Shown: positions 29,118-39,559 of the stretch, one piece after another
Position numbering within the stretch: the first letter of the stretch is position 1
How the letters are laid out: each line of letters opens with the position of its first letter
Assembly (NCBI GenBank): GCA_963744715.1
Contig: CAVUUR010000007.1
Coordinates: 96,001 to 160,000, forward strand
Source: an uncultured bacterium
Lineage (GTDB): Bacteria > Babelota > Babeliae > Babelales > JACPOV01
Direction: 5' to 3'
DNA: 64,000 nt
Made by a program: the position numbers and the translations under genes
The notes under the pieces: model-generated
What the model was told of the DNA's origin: nothing
The model's database searches: none
What the model saw: the letters and a program-made list of their open reading frames with translations, nothing else

Positions 29118-30257
29118 ATGAAAAAGGAGATACAAGTTGTATACATTATCACTAAGTTAGAGCTTGGTGGTGCACAAAAAGTATGTCTTTCTTTACTTGA
29201 AGAACTTCAAAAAGCTGGGCAAATAACCATACTTATATCAGGCAATGAAGGAGTTCTTGTAAACGATATAAAGCACAACAAAAACATTTACCTTTTTGAT
29301 CATTTTAAACGCGAAATCTCATTAGCAACTCTCTACAGCGAATTAAAAATTTTTTTTACTCTTATAACAACTCTTAAACAATTAAAAAAACAATATGCGC
29401 ATCTTATCGTACATACTCATAGCACCAAAGCCGGATTAATTGGACGATGGGCAGCATTTTTTGCTGGAATAAAAAATAGAATTCATACCGTGCATGGTTT
29501 TGGTTTTCATCCGTATCAAAATAAAATTGGCTGGATCATTAACTATATATTAGAATTATTAACCAATGTAATAACTACCCATTATGTATGTGTTTCTTCA
29601 TATGATGTAAAAACAGGCATTGCATTATTACCCTCTTTTGCTCACAAACATTCTATCATTCGAGCTGCCGTTACCTTTGAATATCTACCCGCGTACCAAT
29701 TGACGTCATTTCCTCCCGATGATGAACCATTTATATTTGGTACCGTTGCATGTTTTAAAAAACAAAAAAATATTGTAGATTTATTAAAAGCATTTACAAA
29801 GGCTCACCAACACAATCCCCATATACAACTGCAAATAATAGGCGACGGTCATTTACGCCCCCTTATCGAATCTTATATCGATGAACATGCGTTAACGGAT
29901 GTCGTTACACTTCTTGGATGGCAAAAAAATGTTGTTCCTTTAATGAGTACATGGCATGCCTTTGTTCTGAGCTCATTGTGGGAAGGACTCCCATGCGCTA
30001 TTGTTGAAGCGCGTCTTCTAAAACTTCCTATTATTTCTTACAAAACCGGCGGTATTGCCGATGTAATATCAGATGGTGAAAACGGTTGGCTGTGTCACCC
30101 AGGCAATTGGCAACGTTTAGCACAATTAATGTTGGATATAAGCAAAAATAAACCGGTTTATGAACGTTTTAAATATTGTAATGAAGATTTAAGTAGTTTC
30201 CACACTACCACGATGATTAAAGATCACATTCAACTTTATCGCTCTTTATTAAAATAA
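29118..30257 (+). CDS. glycosyltransferase family 4
   Basis: GGAQK, HTHSTKAG, SLWEGLPCAIVEA (EX7E). Confidence 0.9.
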   Translation: MKKEIQVVYIITKLELGGAQKVCLSLLEELQKAGQITILISGNEGVLVNDIKHNKNIYLFDHFKREISLATLYSELKIFFTLITTLKQLKKQYAHLIVHTHSTKAGLIGRWAAFFAGIKNRIHTVHGFGFHPYQNKIGWIINYILELLTNVITTHYVCVSSYDVKTGIALLPSFAHKHSIIRAAVTFEYLPAYQLTSFPPDDEPFIFGTVACFKKQKNIVDLLKAFTKAHQHNPHIQLQIIGDGHLRPLIESYIDEHALTDVVTLLGWQKNVVPLMSTWHAFVLSSLWEGLPCAIVEARLLKLPIISYKTGGIADVISDGENGWLCHPGNWQRLAQLMLDISKNKPVYERFKYCNEDLSSFHTTTMIKDHIQLYRSLLK

Positions 30258-30338
30258 TTTTTCAGTGACATCTGAGCTATTTTCCGTTATTTTCTATATA
30301 CTTTTTAGACGTAGATTTCAATTAAAAAGGATCAACCT

Positions 30339-31250
30339 ATGACCTATAAAACGTTACTAGAAACAATAGGTAACACCCCATTGATTAAAGTTAATTTCGG
30401 AACACCTTCATTGGTTTTAGCCAAGCTTGATTATCTCAATCCTGGCGGCAGCCTCAAAGATCGATCAGCATTATATATGATAGAAGAAGCTGAAAAATCC
30501 GGATTGTTAAAACCCGGAGGGACTATTATTGATGCATCATCAGGCAACCAGGGCATTGCAAGCGCCATGATTGGTGCAATAAAAGGGTACAAGGTTATTA
30601 TTACCGTTTCAGAAAAAATTAGCCAAGAAAAAATGCAAACCCTTAAAGCTTATGGCGCGCATATTATTATTTGCCCATCTACTCAACATCTTGAAGATCC
30701 ACAAAGCTATCATAGCCAAGCTGTTGCACTTCATAAAAAAACTCCTAACTCGTTCATGCCAAACCAATATTTTAATTGTTCAAATAGGGATGCCCACTAT
30801 CATTCCCTGGGCCCTGAAATTTGGCAGCAAACAAACGGTTCCGTTACCCATCTTTTTGCGGCCGCCGGAACTGGTGGACACGTTAGCGGTCTTGGCCGTT
30901 ATTTAAAAGAGAAAAATCCTGCCATCAAAGTAATTGCTCTTGATGCCTTAACCTCATGGCGATCAACGGGTGGCAACCCCAAACCGTACAAAATCGAAGG
31001 AATAGGCGTTGATTTTAAATCACCAGTACTGGATGAAAAGATAATTGATGAGTTTATTGGCGTTAGTGATGAACAAGGATTAGGAATTCTTAAAGAACTC
31101 GCACATAACCATGGTCTGTTAGTTGGTCCAAGTAGTGGAGCTGTTGCCTATGCAGCGCGAGAGTATGCTAAAAATCTTTCTAACGATGCTGTTGTTGTTA
31201 TGATTTTGGGTGATTCAGGTCGCGCATATCTTACGAAAAATTTTTACTAA
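30339..31250 (+). CDS. PLP-dependent cysteine synthase/cystathionine beta-synthase family
   Basis: IGNTPL, NPGGSLKDR, SSGNQG, GTGG, IEGIG, GPSSGA. Confidence 0.92.
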   Translation: MTYKTLLETIGNTPLIKVNFGTPSLVLAKLDYLNPGGSLKDRSALYMIEEAEKSGLLKPGGTIIDASSGNQGIASAMIGAIKGYKVIITVSEKISQEKMQTLKAYGAHIIICPSTQHLEDPQSYHSQAVALHKKTPNSFMPNQYFNCSNRDAHYHSLGPEIWQQTNGSVTHLFAAAGTGGHVSGLGRYLKEKNPAIKVIALDALTSWRSTGGNPKPYKIEGIGVDFKSPVLDEKIIDEFIGVSDEQGLGILKELAHNHGLLVGPSSGAVAYAAREYAKNLSNDAVVVMILGDSGRAYLTKNFY

Positions 31251-31447
31251 AAAAATGGCCTACACTACCTTGATTAAGCAAAAAAATAACTCTCTGTAAA
31301 AATAGAAACCCCCATCCAGACAAAAAGTCTTGGACAGGGGAAATGGAGGTTATCTAGTTATTTTTTAAGTTATTAATTAGTAGGAGAATACAGTAACCCT
31401 TCATAAAAATCAAATTTTTTATACCACAGACCTGTTATTTTAAAAAT

Positions 31448-32548
31448 TCATTTAGAAATATATTCATAGAGTTTAACGTATTCATTAATCATTCGTTTAC
31501 TATTAAATGACGTTATAACGCTCGCGTATGCTTCCTTCCCCAGTTGTTCAGCTAATGCGCTATCTTCAATCAGCATTGTTAACGCTTGAACTAACGCATT
31601 AACATTTTCACAGGGCACTAACAATCCATTTTTTTTATTAACAATAACATCATGAAATAATTCTTGATTAGTAACAACGCACGGCAGTGAACAACTCATA
31701 GCTTCCAATAACGCCAGTGAAATTCCTTCTTTAAATGATGACAGTGCAAAACAATCAAGTAACGGATAATAACTACATGCATCTTGACCTATAATAAAAC
31801 TAACTTCCTCTTCTATGCCTAATTTTTTTGCTTGCATACGCAAGGCATGTTCCTCGGGCCCTGATCCCATAAGCATCAAGCGAGCATGAGAATGTTGTTC
31901 ATGTACTTGTTTAAATGCATTAATTAATAAAGGATAATTTTTAATTGGTACAAATCTACCAGCTGAACCAATAATAACATGTTCATCAGAACAATGAACA
32001 TCTGCACGCATACGTTTGGTATGTTTTGCTTTTTGCACTACGTATTCATGATTAATACCATTCTTAATAACCTGTATACTTTTTTTATTAATTGATGGAT
32101 GTCGTTGAACTAATGAGTTTGCAACACCATCAGAAACCGGCACTATCCTTGTTGCAAGCCGATAAGAATAGATATCGAGCGTATTGCGAATAAAACCATC
32201 ATGGTCAATATGTAGGCTAGAAATCTGAGGAATTCTAAGTACATAAGCAATAATGCTGCTTGCAAAATTTGCAGCCCATAACCAACCATGAATGCAATCC
32301 GGGTTGATGCTTTTTATTAATCGATACAACCGTATAAAAAAAATTGGATCATATAAACAAACAAGACCTTTAACCTGATACAGTTTTATACCATGTTGTT
32401 GCAATGCTTGTATATGCAACCCTGCATGAAAATAAATAACATAATGCTGATTCTTTGTTGTATTTAACGTAGTTACTAGATCAACCAACAATGATTCTGC
32501 ACCACCCATTTTCAAGCTAGAAATAACGTGTAGAATGCGCATGCGCAA
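31448..32548 (-). CDS. glycosyltransferase family 4
   Basis: GGAES, GRFVPIKN, EGISLALLEAM. Confidence 0.9.
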   Translation of the reverse strand: MRMRILHVISSLKMGGAESLLVDLVTTLNTTKNQHYVIYFHAGLHIQALQQHGIKLYQVKGLVCLYDPIFFIRLYRLIKSINPDCIHGWLWAANFASSIIAYVLRIPQISSLHIDHDGFIRNTLDIYSYRLATRIVPVSDGVANSLVQRHPSINKKSIQVIKNGINHEYVVQKAKHTKRMRADVHCSDEHVIIGSAGRFVPIKNYPLLINAFKQVHEQHSHARLMLMGSGPEEHALRMQAKKLGIEEEVSFIIGQDACSYYPLLDCFALSSFKEGISLALLEAMSCSLPCVVTNQELFHDVIVNKKNGLLVPCENVNALVQALTMLIEDSALAEQLGKEAYASVITSFNSKRMINEYVKLYEYISK

Positions 32549-32552
32549 GCCC

Positions 32553-32879
32553 TCATTGAGTAGAAAGAATATGCGTCAGTAATAAGACACTGCTAGAGCA
32601 AACTGCTAATAAACTTGAAACTGCACATGCCCTTGTTGTTGCCAAAGAGCCTTTTTGTCGCTTAACTTCTCCAGTTAGCATACCGATTGAATCTGTATTG
32701 ATTCTCAAAACCTTAAAAATTTCTGCATCATAATGCTGCGCATCATATTGAGTAGGCCTAACTTCTTTTAAGGTATTTTCAACGTCGGCTTCGTTTGTAA
32801 TTATTTTTACTTCAATGGTCTCCTTATCCATTCCTTGAAGTGCACTACACATTATAAAAATTAATATCAAACTTTTCAC
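32553..32879 (-). CDS. hypothetical exported protein, paralog of 33001..33360
   Basis: AAGGAG RBS, GTG start, signal peptide, C-terminal hydrophobic helix. Confidence 0.7.
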   Translation of the reverse strand: MKSLILIFIMCSALQGMDKETIEVKIITNEADVENTLKEVRPTQYDAQHYDAEIFKVLRINTDSIGMLTGEVKRQKGSLATTRACAVSSLLAVCSSSVLLLTHILSTQ

Positions 32880-32946
32880 ACATTCTCCTTATTTTTTTAC
32901 TTGCGAAAATTCATTCTCTGGCTACAAAAAAAATAACGTTACTATC

Positions 32947-32971
32947 ATCAGGGACGCAATGCGTCCCTGAT
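32947..32971. repeat. GC-rich perfect palindrome (REP-like or terminator)
   Basis: ATCAGGGACGCA-A-TGCGTCCCTGAT. Confidence 0.6.
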
Positions 32972-33000
32972 CGCAGAATTCCTATGTACAATATTCTTAA

Positions 33001-33360
33001 CTACTTAGGCAAAAGTGTAGTATGCAGTACCAAAAGCGTAAAAGTACAAACCCCCACTAGAAAAGCTGCATGCCCATCTCTTCTTAATAAATTCAATGAT
33101 TCTTGTTGCTTATTAATCGATTGCGTATTTATATGGTGCATTGTTTTCAACATTACCGTAGTATCCCTGGCAACCTCAGCTGTTTTTAGTCGTTCTTCCC
33201 AATGCGTAACGCTATCACAACCCTGTAATGATTGTGGGTAACCCCATGCTAAACTTTCATTATTAATTGCATCGCTTGGAACTACCTTGATCTCAATAAG
33301 TTCCGTATCCATCGCATGCAGTGCACCACATACTATAAAAATCAGTAATAAACTCTTCAT
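33001..33360 (-). CDS. hypothetical exported protein, paralog of 32553..32879
   Basis: AAGGAG RBS; N-terminus MKSLLLIFIVCGALHAMD closely resembles its neighbour. Confidence 0.7.
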   Translation of the reverse strand: MKSLLLIFIVCGALHAMDTELIEIKVVPSDAINNESLAWGYPQSLQGCDSVTHWEERLKTAEVARDTTVMLKTMHHINTQSINKQQESLNLLRRDGHAAFLVGVCTFTLLVLHTTLLPK

Positions 33361-33380
33361 ACTTCTCCTTTTTATATTGA

Positions 33381-34958
33381 TTATGAAAAATATTCTTTAC
33401 GCAGTCTTTTTTTATCAACTTTACCAAGTGCGGTTAACGGCATTTTTTCTAAAATAATAAATTGCCGCGGTATTTTATACGTAGCTAAATGTTGCGCACA
33501 TAATGCTTTTAATACTTTTTCTGCATGCGCAAGCGGTTCTCTCAATACAATAAAAGCAACAGGAACTTCCCCTACCGCTTCATCTGGTTTTCCTACCACG
33601 CCAACTTGCAAAACAGCAGCATGAATAAGCAGAATATTTTCTATTTCTTGGGGATAAATCATAAACCCTTTGTTTTTGATAATATCTTTTTCTCGACCAG
33701 AAATAACAATTCTTCCTTGAGTATCAATATATGCACAATCACCGGTATTAAGCCACCCATCTTTTAATATTGCCCGAGTACTGGTTGCATCATTGTAGTA
33801 GCCAAGCATTACGTTATCACCTTTTACCCATAAAATTCCCGTTTGGCCATGGGCAAGTTCGTTACCATCTTCATCACGGATTGAGCAGGTAATACCAATT
33901 GCTGGCTGACCGACCGTATTAGTTTCTAAAAGTTGATCATCAAAATTAGCCGCAATTAACGGAGAAGTTTCGGTCATACCGTAGCCATTGCATAATCTAC
34001 GCCGATAAATCAATTCAACCGCTGAACGAATTTTATCCGGCAATGCATCACCACCCGAAATAAAATATCGTACGTTATCAAGAGGAGCACGTAATAAACA
34101 AAAAAGACCAAATAATGCCGGAACACCAATAATAATCGTTGGTTTATGTGTAAGCCCCTCAAGAATATAACGGCGTTCTATTTTCGGCACTACAATAACG
34201 GTTGCCCCTAAAAAAAAGCTGCCCCAAACACAAATAAATTGAGCAAAACTATGAAATAAGGGCAATACACCAAAAATTTTATCGGCTGGCGTTACCGGAA
34301 TTAATACTAATCCCTGTACAATATTGGTTAAAATATTACGCGAGCTGAGCATGACACCTTTGGGCACACCAGTAGTACCCGATGTATATAATAATGCGGC
34401 CATTTCATCAGGGTACAATTGAAAAATTTCAAACTCATCTGCTTGCTGAGCAGATGCGATAAGCGCCGTTAATTCTGCTTGATCGATAACAGAAGGTAAA
34501 ATATCAGTTGCTATATCACGTATTTTATCGCGCAAAGTATCTGAGATTAGTAATGCAACTGGCTGTGCATCTTTGATGATGTGCAGTAATTCTTTTTCAT
34601 GTAAATAGGTGTTTAAAGGAACAACAACGGCACCGGTTTGCCAAATACCAAAATACGCATAATAAAATTCGATAGAATTTTCATATAACAAACATACGCG
34701 ATCTCGTGGTTTTACACCAAGATCCTGTAACCGTTTGCTCACACCAACGGCATGATGGTACAATTCCTGAAACGTTACGGAAACTCCCTGGCATATTAAA
34801 GCTACGTTGGTTGGAAACAATTTTGATGCCCGTTGTAATAGGCAACCGGCAAAAAATATTGCATCATTGTGTAGTATAGATTGATAATACGTATCGAATA
34901 ACCTTTGTTCTGCATCCGATACTTTTTTGCAATGGTAAACCATAGGATCCTTATTCAT
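33381..34958 (-). CDS. long-chain fatty acid--CoA/ACP ligase (AMP-binding family)
   Basis: YTSGTTGVPKG, GYGMTE, TGD, GREKD, GKVDK. Confidence 0.9.
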   Translation of the reverse strand: MNKDPMVYHCKKVSDAEQRLFDTYYQSILHNDAIFFAGCLLQRASKLFPTNVALICQGVSVTFQELYHHAVGVSKRLQDLGVKPRDRVCLLYENSIEFYYAYFGIWQTGAVVVPLNTYLHEKELLHIIKDAQPVALLISDTLRDKIRDIATDILPSVIDQAELTALIASAQQADEFEIFQLYPDEMAALLYTSGTTGVPKGVMLSSRNILTNIVQGLVLIPVTPADKIFGVLPLFHSFAQFICVWGSFFLGATVIVVPKIERRYILEGLTHKPTIIIGVPALFGLFCLLRAPLDNVRYFISGGDALPDKIRSAVELIYRRRLCNGYGMTETSPLIAANFDDQLLETNTVGQPAIGITCSIRDEDGNELAHGQTGILWVKGDNVMLGYYNDATSTRAILKDGWLNTGDCAYIDTQGRIVISGREKDIIKNKGFMIYPQEIENILLIHAAVLQVGVVGKPDEAVGEVPVAFIVLREPLAHAEKVLKALCAQHLATYKIPRQFIILEKMPLTALGKVDKKRLRKEYFS

Positions 34959-35136
34959 TATACTTAATAACAGAAACCGGACATGCTAATGCTGCTTCTT
35001 TAATCGCTTGTACATGCGCTTGAACATCTGCAGCCGGTTTAACATGGCAAATATCAGTTACCTCAAATATTTCTGGCGCTATAAATTCACAGGCACCACA
35101 GGTTATACAACCGGGTTCTATAATAACTTTTTTCAT
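34951..35136 (-). CDS. ferredoxin (single cluster)
   Basis: CITCGAC...CP motif. Confidence 0.88.
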   Translation of the reverse strand: MKKVIIEPGCITCGACEFIAPEIFEVTDICHVKPAADVQAHVQAIKEAALACPVSVIKYNE

Positions 35137-35261
35137 AGATAACTTTCAATTAATGCGATACGGTAGCATTTGTTTAAAGACAGTTATAATTTCTTAATCT
35201 ATACTCTTATCATAAATAGTTTTCCCTCTTTTATCAAAAATTAAGAATTCGAGGTTTACTT

Positions 35262-35909
35262 ATGCAATCATTAAAACGTGGTATACTCATCGCAATTGAA
35301 GGAATTGATGGCTCAGGGAAAACGAGTCTGAGTAATTCCTTATATCAGAAATTCACTAATAACGGATTTTCTGTGCTTATTACTAAAGAGCCGGGAGGAT
35401 CGCTGTTGGGAAAAAAATTAAGAACAATTTTGCAAGAAGGATCAATACCGCGATGCCCAAAAGCAGAATATCTTTTATTTGCTGCCGATAGAGCTCAACA
35501 TTTTCAAGAAGTGATTATACCTGCTTTGCAACAAAAAAAAATTGTCATTTCAGATCGATTATCCGATTCATCATTAGTATATCAAGGTTATGGCAGAAAC
35601 GTTGATCTTGCTATGATCAATGATATTAATCAGTGGACTATGGAGTATATTCAACCAGATTTAGTATGTTTCATTTCTCTAGATCCCACAACAGCGCGTG
35701 AACGACTTCATTCCAGACAGGAAGCGTTAAGCACCTTTGATCAGGAAACGTATGAATTTGTACAAAAACTTATTGTAGGGTTTGAAACTGTTTTTAAAAA
35801 CAATAAACTGGTAATTCGTCTTGATGGAGAACAATCACAACAACAGATAGCGCATTCCGCATTCGAGAGCATTCTACAATGGATAACAAAAAACAATATA
35901 ATTGGCTAA
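35262..35909 (+). CDS. tmk: thymidylate kinase
   Basis: EGIDGSGKT, KEPGG, LFAADRAQH, SDR, YQGYGR. Confidence 0.96.
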   Translation: MQSLKRGILIAIEGIDGSGKTSLSNSLYQKFTNNGFSVLITKEPGGSLLGKKLRTILQEGSIPRCPKAEYLLFAADRAQHFQEVIIPALQQKKIVISDRLSDSSLVYQGYGRNVDLAMINDINQWTMEYIQPDLVCFISLDPTTARERLHSRQEALSTFDQETYEFVQKLIVGFETVFKNNKLVIRLDGEQSQQQIAHSAFESILQWITKNNIIG

Positions 35910-36655
35910 CTATTGCTCAACAAATACGCGCACATCCTGCTCATATATGGATTGGTGAATATGAAGCGGTTGCCAATTTCGTTCATGAACTGTTATCTGC
36001 ACTCTTATGCTCTCAAAAAGCATGTAAACAGTGTGGAACCTGCTTGAATATACGCGAAAAACAACATCATCTGGTTATGTGGTTAACGCCGGAAAAGCAA
36101 TATACGCTTGATGTGCTTGAACCACTCATAGAAACAATAGCTTTTAAATTAGAACCCCATGAAGATTATTTTTTTATTCTACAAAAAGCAGAAACCTTAA
36201 CGCATGCGTGTGCAAATCGATTATTAAAAATTCTTGAAGAACCACCGCATGGTTATCATTTTATTTTAACGGCTAATACTACCGAGGCAATCTTACCAAC
36301 GATCAAATCACGATGTTTAATTAACTATTGGCATGACCAAGAGAAAACAACAAGTACATCTTCTTTGTTTAATTATTTTTGTACTCTTAATTTTCCATCG
36401 CCAACAACTTTTTTAACGCTGATTGAACAAGAAGATCTTCATGAGCGTGCCGCCTTTGAACTTATTGATAACGTATTACGCCATTGGATGAATCTATATA
36501 CTACAGCCATCGGCAACAAAACATTATCTGAGCAATCACATGCGCATGCTATCATCACGCTCCTAAAAAATGCACTCAGCACCCCCCCAATGTCAGGAAG
36601 CAGTAAACTTTTTTTAAAAAATCTTTATTTACAACTCATGCATAAGAAGCAATAA
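35879..36655 (+). CDS. holB: DNA polymerase III delta' subunit
   Basis: CxxCxxC zinc motif, ANRLLKILEEPP, LPTIKSRC; follows tmk. Confidence 0.88.
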   Translation: MDNKKQYNWLTIAQQIRAHPAHIWIGEYEAVANFVHELLSALLCSQKACKQCGTCLNIREKQHHLVMWLTPEKQYTLDVLEPLIETIAFKLEPHEDYFFILQKAETLTHACANRLLKILEEPPHGYHFILTANTTEAILPTIKSRCLINYWHDQEKTTSTSSLFNYFCTLNFPSPTTFLTLIEQEDLHERAAFELIDNVLRHWMNLYTTAIGNKTLSEQSHAHAIITLLKNALSTPPMSGSSKLFLKNLYLQLMHKKQ

Positions 36656-36764
36656 TCTTTGTTGTCGAAGAGAAATTTGTTCATTGACTATAGTTTCAAG
36701 AATTTTACCCAACTCCGTAAGTTGAGATTTCTATCTATATTGAAAAAAAATAGTACTATTAACA

Positions 36765-37322
36765 CTAAGATGGAACAGTTAAAAGTTGAAAAGTCTCAAG
36801 AGTTGAATACACAGGACCTTCTGCAGATGCCGTTGATGCTTGCAAATAAAAACGATCTATAGGAAAACAGACATCAGAAATTGATATTTGATCAATAATA
36901 TTTTGTAACGCTACGATATCATGCACTTTTTTTATACGCACTAAGGTTATATGGCTCGCAAATGGGCGACTTTCCGGCTTAGCCCACGGCAACAAAGCTT
37001 CTTCTATGTTCATTGCCAATTTTTTGAGCGGTGCACTATCAATATCAATCCATATCAAGTGCGCATTGCGTGAAGGTGGCTCGAGTGTTACTCGTTGCAT
37101 ACAAACATCAAATGGTTGTTGTTGCACGCTATGCAACGCTTGTTTAATATCGGCAAGAACATCTTCGGGCACATCACCTATAAATTTTAAGGTTAGATGC
37201 AGATGCTCAAGGCTGACAAAGCGCCCCTCAAATAATGCATCTTGTTTTTGCAATAGATTCTGAATAGTGTTAACCGTTTTGATAACATACCCAGGTAAAA
37301 CAACACTAACGAATAAGCGCAT
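36765..37322 (-). CDS. thpR: RNA 2',3'-cyclic phosphodiesterase (2H family, LigT)
   Basis: MRLFV, HLTLKFIG and HITL motifs, GPVY. Confidence 0.92.
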   Translation of the reverse strand: MRLFVSVVLPGYVIKTVNTIQNLLQKQDALFEGRFVSLEHLHLTLKFIGDVPEDVLADIKQALHSVQQQPFDVCMQRVTLEPPSRNAHLIWIDIDSAPLKKLAMNIEEALLPWAKPESRPFASHITLVRIKKVHDIVALQNIIDQISISDVCFPIDRFYLQASTASAEGPVYSTLETFQLLTVPS

Positions 37323-37571
37323 TCAATTCCATTGCATTTTCATTACCGATACCCGTCCTTTTTTGTTCCCCTTTTGCGATTTATTCATTTTTATTTCTTT
37401 GTTGCGTTTCTCAAGCCCTTCATTTCGCAAAGCAATCAAATTTTGTACCGCTTCTTCTTTTTTTTCATTATATAGATCCCATACTGATTTTTTTTCGATC
37501 TGAATATTTTCGCCTGCGCGCATTTGACAAAATGATATGCCAATGACAAATAAATAAACTATTTTTTTCAT
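37323..37571 (-). CDS. hypothetical small exported protein
   Basis: GAGGA RBS, signal peptide, basic tail; abuts thpR. Confidence 0.6.
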   Translation of the reverse strand: MKKIVYLFVIGISFCQMRAGENIQIEKKSVWDLYNEKKEEAVQNLIALRNEGLEKRNKEIKMNKSQKGNKKGRVSVMKMQWN

Positions 37572-37613
37572 GGTATTCCTCGCTATTACAACGAAAGATG
37601 TTCAATGATTTTT

Positions 37614-38609
37614 TTAGTAAAAATAATGCATGTAGCAAGTATATATAGGTTCATGGATTTTACAACGCATTTCTGAGCATTTAAAAGGCGTATCGTCACG
37701 AACTGGTAATGATAATATTTTAGTACCACCAATTTTAAATAGGCCACCATGTATACCACCATTGCGCACTACCGATTGCATAACATCGAGAATTGTTTTT
37801 TTTCGTACCAACACTGGTTTTGTTTTATCAGCAGCTACATATCCGAATATCATACCAACTACATCTTTTGGCAAAACTTTTTTATCAACGATACACGTTG
37901 AGTCACATAACTTATGTATATATTTTGTATAGATATTCGTAGTTTCATGCCCAAGCTCAATCAATTCTTTTTTCAGACGCTCACACGGCTCATTATAGCG
38001 CGGTAATGTAATTGCCTTTTCTGACAACGCGATAAGTTGCTCGATAAAAGTGCCACGGACTAACGCTTTCTGTGATTTTATAATTTTTCTATACCGGTTT
38101 TTTAATAGTTGTTGTACAGAAGTATAATCTTCGACCACCCTATCTATGGGCAACATTTTTGTATCACCTTCGTAGCCTTCTATGGTTGGATCTGCATTAT
38201 GCTGTAATAATAACTCTACAATATCATAAAGATTCTTTTCATGCGGAATTTTTATCCCGCACAAACCAAATAATACCGTGCCTTTTTCCTCAATTGAATC
38301 ATTGGTTGCATTATCATAAATAACATTTGATATCATGATATTGGGGTTAACACGATTTTCAAGCAATTCTTTACTGAATTCAAAATTTCCCAGGAAAAAA
38401 TTTTTCCTCAATAACTGTGCTGATTCAACGCCATAATTATCTTGTTCATGTTCACTCACTACAGCCAGTAGATCATTGGCATAAACAACAAATGACTTTT
38501 TTTTATCAGGTGTAATTAATTCTTTATCTTTCATACCATGGATAGAATTATTATTAATCAACAGCAATAATAGTATCGTTAGGTATTCTCTAATAATCAT
38601 GTTTTTCAT
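37614..38609 (-). CDS. exported ankyrin-like protein with F-box-like motif
   Basis: ELLENRVNPN, IVELLLQHNADPT, LPKDVVGMIFGYV; paralog of the next gene. Confidence 0.65.
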   Translation of the reverse strand: MKNMIIREYLTILLLLLINNNSIHGMKDKELITPDKKKSFVVYANDLLAVVSEHEQDNYGVESAQLLRKNFFLGNFEFSKELLENRVNPNIMISNVIYDNATNDSIEEKGTVLFGLCGIKIPHEKNLYDIVELLLQHNADPTIEGYEGDTKMLPIDRVVEDYTSVQQLLKNRYRKIIKSQKALVRGTFIEQLIALSEKAITLPRYNEPCERLKKELIELGHETTNIYTKYIHKLCDSTCIVDKKVLPKDVVGMIFGYVAADKTKPVLVRKKTILDVMQSVVRNGGIHGGLFKIGGTKILSLPVRDDTPFKCSEMRCKIHEPIYTCYMHYFY

Positions 38610-38615
38610 CTATCA

Positions 38616-39539
38616 TCACCTAGAAAAATAGCCGCAATAACAATCATATATCCCTTTGTATATTTTCATTTTTTTGTCACCCAATATTAAATGAGGGCTA
38701 TCGCCATCTTCTAAAAAAACACCACAATGTTCAGTTATCAATCTTATAAGATCAAGAATCGTTATTTTTTTTACTAATACTCTTTTTTCATTAGACGTTA
38801 CATATTCATATATTGTTCTAATTACATCGTTGGGCAAACCCGATCTGTGTTCTGTTTTGTTAGCTAAGGTATCAAACACCGTTTTTTCGTATATTTTCTT
38901 AGCTTCCTCTAGTTCTGCTTTTAAACGATCGTATGGCTCATTATAATACTTTCGTCCGCTGATTGCTTCTTGTGAGAAAGCAACGAGTGTATCAAGGTCA
39001 TCCCGCCACATCCATACCCTGTGCTTTTTTATATTTTTTCTATATTGTTTTTTTAATAACTTTCCTACAGCATTATATCCATGTGAGACCACATGCATAG
39101 GAAAAAATTTTCCATTTTTTAGATGTTCTGCTATATTTAAATACCCTGCCATAGTTGGATCTGCACCATGATCTAATAATAATTTTACACCACGATAAAT
39201 TTTCTCTTCGGGTATATCTTCATCACGCGCAATTACTAATACATTAAATAATACGGTACCTTTTGCCTCACATAAGACCCTACCGAATGCGTCACATACT
39301 ACACTCTGGAGCTTTGTATTAGGATTAGCACCTTGGCCAAGTAACTCTTGAGCTTTCGTAAAGTTAAACTCTGCGCAACTATTTTGCAATAATGTTGCTA
39401 ATGTGATTTGTTCAGATCGCTTTTGTTTAGCTGAAACGATTGCAGAATTCTGAACTAATGATTTTTCTCCTGTAGCTTCCATGCCATACATATAATAAGT
39501 GCCAGCCATTGATATCAACATCATACATACTATTTTCAT
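38616..39539 (-). CDS. exported ankyrin-like protein with F-box-like motif
   Basis: ELLGQGANPN, VKLLLDHGADPT, LPNDVIRTIYEYV. Confidence 0.65.
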   Translation of the reverse strand: MKIVCMMLISMAGTYYMYGMEATGEKSLVQNSAIVSAKQKRSEQITLATLLQNSCAEFNFTKAQELLGQGANPNTKLQSVVCDAFGRVLCEAKGTVLFNVLVIARDEDIPEEKIYRGVKLLLDHGADPTMAGYLNIAEHLKNGKFFPMHVVSHGYNAVGKLLKKQYRKNIKKHRVWMWRDDLDTLVAFSQEAISGRKYYNEPYDRLKAELEEAKKIYEKTVFDTLANKTEHRSGLPNDVIRTIYEYVTSNEKRVLVKKITILDLIRLITEHCGVFLEDGDSPHLILGDKKMKIYKGIYDCYCGYFSR

Positions 39540-39559
39540 AGCAATAACCTTTCTTATTT

